Of a DNA stretch of 64,000 nt, positions 45,516 through 54,903 are shown piece after piece. Made by a program: the position numbers and the translations under genes. The DNA is from Parcubacteria group bacterium Gr01-1014_8 (GTDB taxonomy: Bacteria; Patescibacteriota; Minisyncoccia; Phycocordibacterales; UBA2100). A model generated the notes under the pieces. The model saw nothing but the letters and a program-made list of their open reading frames with translations. It made no database searches and had not been told where the DNA came from. Positions within the stretch are counted from its first letter, which is position 1; every line of letters begins with the position of its first letter. Location: contig VMGC01000001.1 in NCBI GenBank assembly GCA_007376385.1, forward strand, positions 32,001-96,000, given 5' to 3'.

Positions 45516-46682
45516 ATGAAAAACGTACTTGTTTGGGGAATCGGTGGATTGGTAGTGATCAGTGGATTGGTGTTTTATGGAACGGGAATCAGTGGCGGCA
45601 ATCCTTTCACTGCTGCAGTAGGGGGACTTTTTACCAATAGCGATACGATCAGGGTCGGTGCAGCGCTTGGTCTCACCGGGGTGTGTGCCCAATGGGGAGA
45701 AGGGGAGCTGCAAGCCGTTCAGTTGGCGGTGGATGAAACAAATACTAACGGAGGCATCGAGGGGAGACAAATCGAGTTGTTCGTCGAGGATACCCAGTGC
45801 GACCCGAAGGGTGCCGTGAGCGCCATGAAGAAATTGACCGAGGTAAACAGTGTTGAGGCTATCATCGGCCTCACGTGGGGAGACAGCTTCCAAGCTGGAC
45901 ACTTCGTGAACCAAGAAAAGCAAATACTTGCTGTTGCGCCGTCTGCTGCGATGGAAGCGCTGCTTCTTAACAAAATACCGATCACGCACACATTCTCGAC
46001 ATGGTTCCCAGTGCAAACACAAATTGATACACTGCAGGCGTATATGCGAAAGACAGGAAGGACAAACATTGTCGTAGTACATGACCAAGACCCGTATGGG
46101 AAGATGCTTGCGACAGTCTTTGTGAGCAATGCGCAGAAAAATGAGCTCGTGATCATGAGCGAGGAAGAATTTCCTATTGGTTTCGACGATTTCAGGACCA
46201 CCATCATTAAACTCAAGAACACGAAGCCCGATGCGGTCTTCGGCGCGTTCCAATCACCTGATCTTAAAGCCAAATTCTTAAAGCAGTCGCATGAACTCGG
46301 TCTCAAAGTCCAATTGTTCAGTTCTGAAGACATTCAAGATGAAGGCATACTCAAGGAATTCGGCTCGGTAATGGAAGGGGTCATTTATACGTATCCGACT
46401 GCCTCAGGAAACTTCGAAGAGCTGTTTGAAAAACTCAAACAGAAACACGGAGCCGTGCCCGCGGGGGCGAGTGTTGCAAATGCATATGATGCAACGCACG
46501 TGGTAATCCATGCATTAACCGAACACTACAGAAATGGCACCTCTCTTAACGGCGCCGTCGAAGGAATGGCAATCCCCGGCACAGCAGTAAAAGAAATCAG
46601 GTTCAATGAAACGCATCAAATTACCGGAACCGTCTTCCAAGTTAAAACAGTTCGCAACGGCGAATTCGTGGTGATAGAGTAG
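45516..46682 (+). CDS. second ABC transporter substrate-binding protein (Peripla_BP_6 family)
   Basis: N-terminal anchor, then 'IRVGAALGLTGVCAQWGEGELQAVQLAVDETNTNGGIEGRQIELFVEDTQ'. It is a paralog of the 41692 SBP. Confidence 0.8.
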   Translation: MKNVLVWGIGGLVVISGLVFYGTGISGGNPFTAAVGGLFTNSDTIRVGAALGLTGVCAQWGEGELQAVQLAVDETNTNGGIEGRQIELFVEDTQCDPKGAVSAMKKLTEVNSVEAIIGLTWGDSFQAGHFVNQEKQILAVAPSAAMEALLLNKIPITHTFSTWFPVQTQIDTLQAYMRKTGRTNIVVVHDQDPYGKMLATVFVSNAQKNELVIMSEEEFPIGFDDFRTTIIKLKNTKPDAVFGAFQSPDLKAKFLKQSHELGLKVQLFSSEDIQDEGILKEFGSVMEGVIYTYPTASGNFEELFEKLKQKHGAVPAGASVANAYDATHVVIHALTEHYRNGTSLNGAVEGMAIPGTAVKEIRFNETHQITGTVFQVKTVRNGEFVVIE

Positions 46683-46686
46683 CTAG

Positions 46687-47421
46687 ATGGGGTTGTTGGA
46701 AACACGCAAACTCACAAAATCATTCGGTGGAGCTCAAGCGGTGGATCATGTTGACCTCTCGTTCGAAGCGGGAAAGATAACTGCGCTTATTGGCCCCAAC
46801 GGGTCGGGAAAAACTACGCTTATCCATACGATAACCGGCATGATGCCGATGGGTGGTGGCACGGTCGTTATCAGTGATTCAATCGAACTTTCAAAAATAG
46901 CTGCTCAGGACGTAGCATCCTACGGAATCACGCGAACATTCCAGAATTCACGGCTCATCCAGCAAATGAGCGTGCTCGATAATGTGCTGTTTGTTCTTAC
47001 TGAACGAAATTTTTTCGGTTCTTTATTTGAAAGACACGGAACATTTCATCTGGACGCCGCCGAGGATATATTGAAAAAGATCGGACTGTGGGAAAAACGT
47101 GACGAAAAAGCGGAAAATTTGTCGTACGGCCAGCGCAAGCTACTTGAAGTTGCGCGAGCCGTATTGATGAAGGCAAATGTATATTTTTTTGACGAGCCGT
47201 TCGCAGGATTATTCCCTGAAATGCGTAAAACTATTTCAGATATCATGCGCAAATTGAAAAATGCCGGCGCTGCAGTTGTACTTGTCGAACATGACATGGA
47301 ACTCGTGCGCGAACTCGCCGACCACTGTTACGTCCTCGATAGCGGCAAAGTTATTGCCGAGGGAACACCGGAACAGGTTCTCAAGCAAGCTAATGTCGTT
47401 GAGGCGTATTTGGGTAAATGA
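46687..47421 (+). CDS. livG: ABC transporter ATP-binding protein (LivG-like)
   Basis: Walker A 'GPNGSGKTT', signature 'LSYGQRKLLEVARA' and Walker B 'FFDEP'. Confidence 0.9.
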   Translation: MGLLETRKLTKSFGGAQAVDHVDLSFEAGKITALIGPNGSGKTTLIHTITGMMPMGGGTVVISDSIELSKIAAQDVASYGITRTFQNSRLIQQMSVLDNVLFVLTERNFFGSLFERHGTFHLDAAEDILKKIGLWEKRDEKAENLSYGQRKLLEVARAVLMKANVYFFDEPFAGLFPEMRKTISDIMRKLKNAGAAVVLVEHDMELVRELADHCYVLDSGKVIAEGTPEQVLKQANVVEAYLGK

Positions 47422-47422
47422 T

Positions 47423-48142
47423 ATGAAAGACACATTGCTTCAGCTCAAAGATGCATATGTGCAGTACGGCGGAGTAACTGCTCTCGCTGATGCGACTGTG
47501 CGCATAGATGATGGGGAAATTGCGGCACTGATGGGACCGAACGGGGCAGGAAAATCGACTGTTTTAAAGGCTTTATTCGGAATCGCACCGATGACACATG
47601 GAAAAGTTTTGTGGCACGAGCAAGAACTCAAACCTGTGCCGTATGAGATGGCAGCACGCGGAATTGCATATGTTCCACAGGGAAGACAAGTATTTAAAAA
47701 CCTCACTGTCTATGAAAATCTAGAGCTCGGCGGATATGCCCTGCCGAATAGAAAAGACACAAAGAAAAATATCGAGGCGGTATTGCATATTTTTCCTGCC
47801 ATTGAAGAAAAACTCAATACAAAAGCAGGATTACTCTCCGGAGGCCAGCAGCAAATGCTCACTATCGCGCGTGGGCTTGTATCTGACCCGAAAGTACTTC
47901 TGCTCGATGAGCCATCACTTGGACTTGCACCAAAAATTGTGAAGGACGTGTTCGAGAAAATCAAAGAAATAAACGCTATTCGGAAAATTGCGATTGTCGT
48001 CGTGGAGCACAGCGTGAAATCCGTCCTTTCCATCGCGCATCGTGCGTATATTCTTTCAAGAGGAAAGATATTCGCAGAAAAAAGCGCGCAAGAACTGATG
48101 ACAAGTGATACGCTTTCAAAAGCATTCCTAGGAACAAGCTAA
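47423..48142 (+). CDS. livF: ABC transporter ATP-binding protein (LivF-like)
   Basis: Start at MKDTLLQ, 1 nt after the livG stop. Walker A 'GPNGAGKST', signature '[14 protein letters not shown]' and Walker B 'LLLDEP'. Confidence 0.9.
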   Translation: MKDTLLQLKDAYVQYGGVTALADATVRIDDGEIAALMGPNGAGKSTVLKALFGIAPMTHGKVLWHEQELKPVPYEMAARGIAYVPQGRQVFKNLTVYENLELGGYALPNRKDTKKNIEAVLHIFPAIEEKLNTKAGLLSGGQQQMLTIARGLVSDPKVLLLDEPSLGLAPKIVKDVFEKIKEINAIRKIAIVVVEHSVKSVLSIAHRAYILSRGKIFAEKSAQELMTSDTLSKAFLGTS

Positions 48143-50358
48143 CGACGTCGTTTACCGTGGAAGGCCTTATGAACTTCTCTAAGGTGCTTATCAGTGACGT
48201 GCGTGTACACTTGCGTAGTTGCAATATTTGCGTGGCCCAAAAGTGCCTGAACGGAACGCAAGTCGGCACCATTCTCCAGCAAGTCTGTTGCGAAAGAGTT
48301 GTGAGAAATGAAACCATCGGTAATAAAGTTGTGCGTTGGTTCTACTGTAAAGTCGTAGACAATTGATGGTTCGCTTAGATTCTCAATACGTTTAACGCGT
48401 AACCAGCGAATCGAATCCAGAGAATGTACAAGTCGCAAATGTTCTACGCACAAGTGCTTTACGTTGTTTTCATCGCACGCTTTAATTAAGGACTGTAATA
48501 ACGTTGGCGTTGTGCATATGCGCGTATATCTTTTAAGATATCGAATACCATACTCCTCTCCCAATAGGTGCATAAAACCCTTCTTTTCCAACAAAACTGG
48601 GTACAGAGTCCGCACTATATTTTGTGTTGGCAATGCAATATCGAGGCGCATCCACTTTTTCTTGGACTGTAAATTTTGCTTAAATGTTGGAATTAGTTCC
48701 ACAAATCGATTCTGACTTGGGGGATATGTAACATACAACGTATATATCGTATGTTGAATCGTACGTCCCTGTGGTAATTTAACCATTCTTGTTCTTGGTA
48801 AAAGGATACTCTCAATCGAGAGTCTTAGTAACAACATTTGCACATCCTTTAAGAGTTCTTTACTTGCTGAAAACATTTTTATCGCGCCATTATTTCCTTC
48901 AGCATCGTAATATCCAGCCAAAAATGAACGAATATTTTCTTCTGATTCTTGAAAGAGTTGCGGAGGGACACGTCTGTATTTTGAACGCTGCGTTATACCA
49001 AATGATCGTACTTTTTTAAGAAAATCGACATTGTAAATATTGAGCGCAAAACCATGACCATTTGACAAAGCAACTATTGTTCCGTACCGACCAGTCACAT
49101 GATGCACAATCTCGTTGTACAAATCGATATGTCGCCTGTCTTTGTCGTTCAAGATTATTCCGCGCCTTGCCTCGCTCAAGGTCCCATCGCCGAGAATATA
49201 GCCGAGTAGGCGCCAGAAGTCGGTTGATTCGGTTTCTGCGTGCTTTTCAAGATGCATCTCAATACCGCGCACCCCGGCAACATAATCACCGATCTTCAGT
49301 TCCTGCACCTGAATAGCAGTAATTCCGTTTTCTGTAACTGTGAAAAAACTATGGTACGGAGTACATAGTATTTCCCGTCCATCCGCCCATAGTGAGATCA
49401 TATGGTCGGTTTTATGTGTTTCTTTGTGCGTAATCGCTGCACGGATAAAGCGATTATTGAACCAGTCGAAGCCAAGTACTTTTTTTGTGTCATTGGCGGT
49501 AAATAATTTTTCTGCTGTAGTCAGAGAAGGATTGCCCATGACTCTCGTTTCAGGATGAAGACAATGGCGAATGACGTGAGGAGTCACTTTGCGTGTGATG
49601 CCAGCCCTGATCGCGTACTGTTTCACTATCCGTTCAACAGAGCGGGGGGTGAGCGTCTGAAGTTTTTTGCCAGCTCGCCCATAGCTGACAAACAATGCGC
49701 CCTCCACATCACCGCGCTTCTCCAAATACTCTTTCACGGCTTTCTTTGCAGTAGGAGAGAGAAATACAACGCGGACTTTATCGCCCTTGCCGCGTATTGA
49801 AAATTCATCTCGGGAGAGATCGAGATCTCTATCGAGCGAACAGAGTTCGGAAACACGAAGACCAGTTGAAAAAAATAATTCAAGAATCGCACGGTCACGA
49901 AGTGCCGTCAGCGAATTACCGCTCGGACCTTTCATGAGCCGCTCAAGTTCCGCAGCCGTGATCAAGTCAAGATCCCGCCCACCGACTTTCGCAAGTTCAA
50001 TACGCTCGGGGGAGAGCGATTCAATGTTCTGTTTCCGCATGTATTTCAAAAACGAGCGCAGAGCGATGAGATAGTAATTCTGCGTCTTTTTTTTCATGTC
50101 ACCAGACACTCCCGGTTGACGATTCAACCACAATCGAAATTCGCGAACCAAAGGCTCAGTGAGTTTCGCGGGAGATGCCACCTTCGTATGAGTGAGGAAA
50201 CGAGTCAGATAGCGGTCGTAATTCTCGACCGTTTTTACGCTCCTTCCTTTTTCTATCTCCAAGTATTCGAGAAATTGCGTCTTCATCTCCTGCAAATCGG
50301 ATGCCATGTGTCGATTATACATCCCATGTCGCACAATATTTTTTTCAACCGCCGGCAT
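48139..50358 (-). CDS. xerC: XerC/XerD-family tyrosine recombinase interrupted by an in-frame intein
   Basis: N-terminal SAM-like domain ('[23 protein letters not shown]'). Catalytic domain with '...RVSELCSL', then 'TPHVIRH' | 422-aa insert | '[34 protein letters not shown]', which carries the nucleophile Tyr. Without the insert this is a normal XerC/D of about 317 aa. Confidence 0.85.
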   Translation of the reverse strand: MPAVEKNIVRHGMYNRHMASDLQEMKTQFLEYLEIEKGRSVKTVENYDRYLTRFLTHTKVASPAKLTEPLVREFRLWLNRQPGVSGDMKKKTQNYYLIALRSFLKYMRKQNIESLSPERIELAKVGGRDLDLITAAELERLMKGPSGNSLTALRDRAILELFFSTGLRVSELCSLDRDLDLSRDEFSIRGKGDKVRVVFLSPTAKKAVKEYLEKRGDVEGALFVSYGRAGKKLQTLTPRSVERIVKQYAIRAGITRKVTPHVIRHCLHPETRVMGNPSLTTAEKLFTANDTKKVLGFDWFNNRFIRAAITHKETHKTDHMISLWADGREILCTPYHSFFTVTENGITAIQVQELKIGDYVAGVRGIEMHLEKHAETESTDFWRLLGYILGDGTLSEARRGIILNDKDRRHIDLYNEIVHHVTGRYGTIVALSNGHGFALNIYNVDFLKKVRSFGITQRSKYRRVPPQLFQESEENIRSFLAGYYDAEGNNGAIKMFSASKELLKDVQMLLLRLSIESILLPRTRMVKLPQGRTIQHTIYTLYVTYPPSQNRFVELIPTFKQNLQSKKKWMRLDIALPTQNIVRTLYPVLLEKKGFMHLLGEEYGIRYLKRYTRICTTPTLLQSLIKACDENNVKHLCVEHLRLVHSLDSIRWLRVKRIENLSEPSIVYDFTVEPTHNFITDGFISHNSFATDLLENGADLRSVQALLGHANIATTQVYTHVTDKHLREVHKAFHGKRRR
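48298..49563 (-). mobile_element. intein with LAGLIDADG homing endonuclease, inserted between His and Ser of the recombinase R-H-S active-site motif
   Basis: Starts with Cys ('CLHPETRV', block A) and has 'CTPYH' (TxxH, block B). LAGLIDADG motifs '[11 protein letters not shown]' and '[11 protein letters not shown]'. C-terminal '[21 protein letters not shown]' is followed by extein Ser. Boundary codons were checked on the nucleotide sequence: aca = Cys at 49561-49563 and gtt = Asn at 48298-48300. Confidence 0.8.
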
Positions 50359-50484
50359 ATGCTACACTTTCAATATGAAGAGCCACGTAACAATGATGAC
50401 CATGATGGGTATGTAGAGCCCGTGGCTGTCACCGATTAATAAAGCAGCCACGGGCACCGTGGCTTTTTTGATCCAACAACAGCT

Positions 50485-51411
50485 ATGCCCCTCATCATCA
50501 ACAAAAAATTACCCGCCTACAAAGCGCTAAAAAAAGAATCCGTCTTCGAAATATCGCCCGAGCGCGCTTCGAAGCAGGATATACGCCCGCTTGAGATAGG
50601 AATCCTGAACCTCATGCCAAGCGCTGTTGTTGAGCGGACAGAACTGCAACTCTTGCGATTTCTTTCGAACACGCCATTGCAAATTCACCCAACCTTCATC
50701 TATTTCGACGAACACAAATCGAAATCGAAGCAGGGACACTTCGACACGTTCTATAAACCATTCAAAGAAGTACGCTCCCAGGGACTCGATGGTCTTATCG
50801 TAACTGGCGCAAACCTAGAAGAATACGACTTTGAAGACGTGCACTATTGGAAAGAACTTGGACCATTCCTTGATTGGGCGGGAAAAAGCGTGACATCAAC
50901 CATCTTCAGCTGCTGGGCAGTGCATGCATCGCTGTACCGCAGCTATGGACTGCGTGCGCGAACGTACAAAAAAAAGCAGTTCGGCATCTTTCAGCACACT
51001 GTGCATCACGGATCGAATTCGCCGTTTATCCTTGGGATGGATGACGTCACATTCATTCCACATTCGAGATGGCGAGGCGTCGAACGAAAAGATATCGCTC
51101 CGCACAAGGAATTAGAGATATTGATCTCAAGCGAGGAAGTTGGACCGCACCTAATAGTCGGACGAAAAGGCCGCGAGCTCTATATCCAGGGGCATCCGGA
51201 GTATGACAGGGGCGATATAGCGGAAGAATACTTTCGCGACAAAGAAAAAGGCGTACGTATAAACAAACCAAAAAATTATTTTCCTGGAGATGACGAAAAA
51301 CGCACGCCTCTCAAAACGTGGGCGGCGAATGGCCAGGTATTTTACGCAAACTGGATAAACTGGGTCTACCAAACCACCAACTTCGACGTCAAAAAGCCGC
51401 TGATGGATTGA
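50485..51411 (+). CDS. metA: homoserine O-acyltransferase MetA
   Basis: 'EIRPLEIGILNLMP', 'GLIVTGANLE', 'TSTIFSCWAVHA' (catalytic Cys), 'PHSRW' and 'GHPEYD'. Confidence 0.9.
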   Translation: MPLIINKKLPAYKALKKESVFEISPERASKQDIRPLEIGILNLMPSAVVERTELQLLRFLSNTPLQIHPTFIYFDEHKSKSKQGHFDTFYKPFKEVRSQGLDGLIVTGANLEEYDFEDVHYWKELGPFLDWAGKSVTSTIFSCWAVHASLYRSYGLRARTYKKKQFGIFQHTVHHGSNSPFILGMDDVTFIPHSRWRGVERKDIAPHKELEILISSEEVGPHLIVGRKGRELYIQGHPEYDRGDIAEEYFRDKEKGVRINKPKNYFPGDDEKRTPLKTWAANGQVFYANWINWVYQTTNFDVKKPLMD

Positions 51412-51417
51412 GATAAC

Positions 51418-52554
51418 CTACTTCAGGTATTTCTTTTTCTTTAGTTTCTCTGGCAAGTAACTTTCGCTATCGTAGAGCGTATAGCCTTTGTGATATCCCA
51501 AGTCTTTCATCAATTTCGTCGGTGCATTTCGGATATTCAATGGAATCGGAAGATTACCGAATTTTTTAACGTCATCGAGTGCTTCAAATATTGCGTCATA
51601 TGAGCGTCTGTCTTTTTTACATTGTGCGAGATACGCAACTCCATGCGCCAGACTTATCGTCGCTTCCGGATAACCTATCTTGTTGACCGCGTCGAACACC
51701 GCATTCGCGACAACGAGCGCAGTCGGTTGTGCCAATCCAATATCTTCGCTCGCAAAAACAACCATACGGCGCGCTATGAACTTCGGATCCTCTCCGGCCT
51801 CAACCATCCGAGCCAAATAATAGAGCGCAGCATCAGGCTGGGATGCGCGCATTGATTTAATGAACGCCGAGATAGTATTGTAGTGCTCCTCGCCTTTTTT
51901 ATCATATCGAAGATGTTTTGATTGGACGGCCTCTTTCAAAGTCTCGACGGAAATCTTTCCATAAAGTTTGTCCGCAGTTTCGAGAACAGTGATTGCTTGC
52001 CTCGCATCGCCTCCGGCCATCTGTATTAACCAGTCGCGTGCCTCTTTTGGAATTTTAAATTTTGTACGGACTAATATCTTCTCCATTTCCTTCTCGCTCA
52101 ATTCGTTCAAGACGAACGCCCGGCAGCGCGAAAGAAGAGGGGAAATGATCTCGAACGAAGGATTCTCCGTTGTTGCCCCAATAAGTGTGATGTCGCCGCG
52201 TTCTACGAACGGGAGCAAGAAATCTTGTTGTGCCTTGTTAAATCGGTGAATTTCATCAACAAACAGGGCCTTTGGCTTCTGTTTTAACAAGGTGCCGCGA
52301 GCACCAATGACCCTCTTTATGTCATCTTTGCCAGAATCAACAGCCGAGAGCTCATAGAATTCAGCGCCAACGGCGTTCGCATAGATACGAGCCAGTGTCG
52401 TCTTTCCAGAGCCGGGTGGACCCCATAATATGAAGGAAAATAGCTCTTTTTTTTCGATCGCAATCCGAAGCGGCTTACCTTTTCCGACCAAATGTTCCTG
52501 ACCAATGAACTCTTTTAAAGCGGTCGGGCGGATGCGTGATGCCAGTGGTTCCAT
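51418..52554 (-). CDS. rarA: replication-associated recombination protein A (AAA ATPase)
   Basis: Start at MEPLASRIRP. Walker A 'GPPGSGKTTLA', 'LFVDEIHRFNK' and a MgsA C-terminal domain. Confidence 0.9.
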   Translation of the reverse strand: MEPLASRIRPTALKEFIGQEHLVGKGKPLRIAIEKKELFSFILWGPPGSGKTTLARIYANAVGAEFYELSAVDSGKDDIKRVIGARGTLLKQKPKALFVDEIHRFNKAQQDFLLPFVERGDITLIGATTENPSFEIISPLLSRCRAFVLNELSEKEMEKILVRTKFKIPKEARDWLIQMAGGDARQAITVLETADKLYGKISVETLKEAVQSKHLRYDKKGEEHYNTISAFIKSMRASQPDAALYYLARMVEAGEDPKFIARRMVVFASEDIGLAQPTALVVANAVFDAVNKIGYPEATISLAHGVAYLAQCKKDRRSYDAIFEALDDVKKFGNLPIPLNIRNAPTKLMKDLGYHKGYTLYDSESYLPEKLKKKKYLK

Positions 52555-52649
52555 GCCTGGCAGTATACTCTTTGGACTGTAGTACCCGACATACACAAAA
52601 TACCGCGCAGGCCTATTGCACGAATCGGAAAATGCGTTATCGTTTGGAC

Positions 52650-53150
52650 ATGGGAAAAATAATCGCAATTTTAGTTGTCATTATTCTTATTGGCGGAGGT
52701 ATTTATTATTGGATGACCATGCAACCTACTACGGGAGAAACCCCGAATACAGACCAGCAAGCTGAGGCCACTACTGCTTCAGATCAGGTACAAGGACAAG
52801 ATGTGAAAGTTGGTGAAGGAAAAGAAGCGACGCCAGGTTCACAGGTATCGATACTCTATGAGGGCAGGCTCCAGGACGGCACGATCTTTGACAGCTCTGC
52901 CGCGCACAATAATGAACCATTGGTGTTTGTGCTTGGCGCTCAAGGACTTATTCCGGGCTTCCAGATCGGCGTTAACGGCATGAAGGAGGGAGGAGAACGT
53001 CTCATACTCATACCTCCATCCCTTGGATACGGGGAGCAAGAAGTCAAAGATGCGGCTGGTAAAGTCATAATTCCTGCAAATTCGCCGCTTGTGTTCAGTA
53101 TCAAGCTCCAAAAAGTTGAGGCGGCTCCTGCGGCACCAGTGACGCCATAA
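52650..53150 (+). CDS. membrane-anchored FKBP-type peptidyl-prolyl cis-trans isomerase
   Basis: TM helix 'IIAILVVIILIGGGIYYW', then FKBP domain 'VSILYEGRLQDGTIFDSS...LVFVLGAQGLIPGFQIGVNGMKEGGERLILIPPSLGYG'. Confidence 0.8.
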   Translation: MGKIIAILVVIILIGGGIYYWMTMQPTTGETPNTDQQAEATTASDQVQGQDVKVGEGKEATPGSQVSILYEGRLQDGTIFDSSAAHNNEPLVFVLGAQGLIPGFQIGVNGMKEGGERLILIPPSLGYGEQEVKDAAGKVIIPANSPLVFSIKLQKVEAAPAAPVTP

Positions 53151-53284
53151 AGGCTACCCATTGCCCTTGTTGCGTCTTCAGCCAGGATAATAGCGAAGCA
53201 AGCTATCGCTTTGTGGTTTCTCGCTCGCCGCAATAACCTTCCATAGTATTGCAAAATGTGGCGGAATATGATACCTTTTTGGGG

Positions 53285-53551
53285 ATGCTTACTAAGCGAA
53301 AGAAAAAGAACGAGGTCAAAAAGACCCAGCGTCATGATACCGACACCGGCTCGCCGGAGGTTCAGGTCGCGATTTTAACGCGCCGCATCGAAGAGCTTTC
53401 AGCTCATTTAGATAAGAATCGTAAGGATAAGAGTTCTCGCCGGGGCCTGCTCGGCCTCGTCGCTGACCGACGTAAGCATCTTAAATACCTTGAGAGCACG
53501 AATAAGCGAGCATATTCGGCACTCACCAGAAAACTCGGACTTAAGAAATAG
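53285..53551 (+). CDS. rpsO: 30S ribosomal protein S15
   Basis: 'TGSPEVQVAILTRRIEELSAHL...HSRRGLLGLV..RRKHLKYL' is the S15 signature. Start taken at an internal Met. Confidence 0.9.
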   Translation: MLTKRKKKNEVKKTQRHDTDTGSPEVQVAILTRRIEELSAHLDKNRKDKSSRRGLLGLVADRRKHLKYLESTNKRAYSALTRKLGLKK

Positions 53552-53660
53552 TTCGTAGAGAAAAGTCCGCTTTTTTTGTGTCGCATCCAGCTGCGACCTT
53601 CATTATTTATTAGAGATGTAGGTTTATACTACGCTCTACGAACTAGTAATCATATGTACT

Positions 53661-54266
53661 ATGGCAATAATCAAACATTCAGAGCAGCGAGTTGGTGTAT
53701 TCATCGACACGCAAAATCTGTACCACAGCGCGAAGAATCTGTACCGTGCACGCGTTAATTTCAGCAATGTTCTTAAGGACTCCGTAGCAGGACGCCGCCT
53801 TATCCGCGCTCGCGCGTACGTCGTTACGACTGATACAGCTGAAGAAAAGAGTTTTTTCGAGGCACTCGCAAAGATAGGCATCGAAACGCGCACAAAAGAC
53901 CTCCAGGTTTTCTTCGGCGGAGCAAAGAAGGCCGACTGGGACGTCGGACTTGCAGTCGATGCTATTACCGCCGCACCAAACCTGGACACCATCATCCTAG
54001 TAACAGGAGACGGGGACTTCGTTCCTCTCGTTCAGTATCTCCAAGTCCACGACGGGTGCCAAGTGGAGGTTGTTTCATTCGGCCGCTCGACATCAGGAAA
54101 ACTGAAGGAGGCCGCTGATGACTTTCTTGACCTTGATCTCGAAGCAAAACGCTACCTTCTGAACTACAGGCCTATGCGACGTACCCCGGGCCGAGGTGGA
54201 ATGCCGGCAAACGGTCAGCCGGAGAGCGGTGTTGATGAGATAGGCGAAAAATTGGGGGTCGAGTAA
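53661..54266 (+). CDS. NYN-domain (LabA-like) predicted ribonuclease
   Basis: 'VGVFIDTQNLYHSAKNL...IRARAYVV...ILVTGDGDFVPLV' carries the conserved acidic residues of the NYN/PIN-like fold. Length 201 aa. Confidence 0.7.
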   Translation: MAIIKHSEQRVGVFIDTQNLYHSAKNLYRARVNFSNVLKDSVAGRRLIRARAYVVTTDTAEEKSFFEALAKIGIETRTKDLQVFFGGAKKADWDVGLAVDAITAAPNLDTIILVTGDGDFVPLVQYLQVHDGCQVEVVSFGRSTSGKLKEAADDFLDLDLEAKRYLLNYRPMRRTPGRGGMPANGQPESGVDEIGEKLGVE

Positions 54267-54760
54267 CCCGAAAGTTTGAACTTCGAGCTGCTATTCGTCT
54301 TCCACATCGTCCTCCTCATTGGGTTTGAAGTTTCTTTTCTGCGCATCACGCTACGCTCGCGTGGAAACTTGGGCGAGTTTATCTGTGCGATGCGCATCGC
54401 GGCCCGCTGTCTATCTTCAGGTAGCGTGCCTTGTGCGAGCCATTCACGAAACGTCGTAAACCCTCGAGATTCGACATATGCTTGCGCATCATTAAGCTCC
54501 GAAAGAAAAATTGGTGCCGTGTCTTTGGTTATCTCTCCGTCTTTCTCGAGAGAAGCCACTGCCACCGCGACTGACTTATTTCTTCCGATAACTTGTGCAA
54601 TAAAAGCCCTGACATATGAAAAATTCTCTTTCGCAGAAAGTAACGGGAGACGGATCGCATGTTTGAGTTCCGGCGCCTGTGCCGGCCGAACGGTTCTGTC
54701 GAGGGGGGCCGAATGATACCGCTCAAGCTTCGGAAGCTTGTGTTGGCCGTCATCCGTCAT
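54215..54760 (-). CDS. hypothetical protein (convergent with and overlapping the NYN gene 3' end)
   Basis: The 181 aa ORF has protein-like composition in its first roughly 130 aa. The competing plus-strand ORF 54276-54716 looks less protein-like. I have no homology for either. Confidence 0.35.
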   Translation of the reverse strand: MTDDGQHKLPKLERYHSAPLDRTVRPAQAPELKHAIRLPLLSAKENFSYVRAFIAQVIGRNKSVAVAVASLEKDGEITKDTAPIFLSELNDAQAYVESRGFTTFREWLAQGTLPEDRQRAAMRIAQINSPKFPRERSVMRRKETSNPMRRTMWKTNSSSKFKLSGYSTPNFSPISSTPLSG

Positions 54761-54903
54761 GCATAAACTGTATCATGCACTCTGTACGTCTTTCCAATAC
54801 GAAAAATATGCGTATACTGCATCCATTAGCACTAACCGTGGCGCCTGGATAGGCAGCATGGGCACAAAAGGCTCATACTGAAATCTGGTCGTCACACAAG
54901 ACA

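Noticed and set aside
47261-47422. Extension of livF into livG
   Set aside because: The Walker-A-containing protein starts at MKDTLLQ (47423), 1 nt after the livG stop. The extension lies in a different frame of livG and has no homology.
54276-54716. 146-aa plus-strand ORF competing with the 54215-54760 minus-strand ORF
   Set aside because: It is less protein-like (Phe/Leu/Ser-rich with no charged helices) and lies antisense. Neither ORF has homology support, so the minus-strand call is itself low-confidence.
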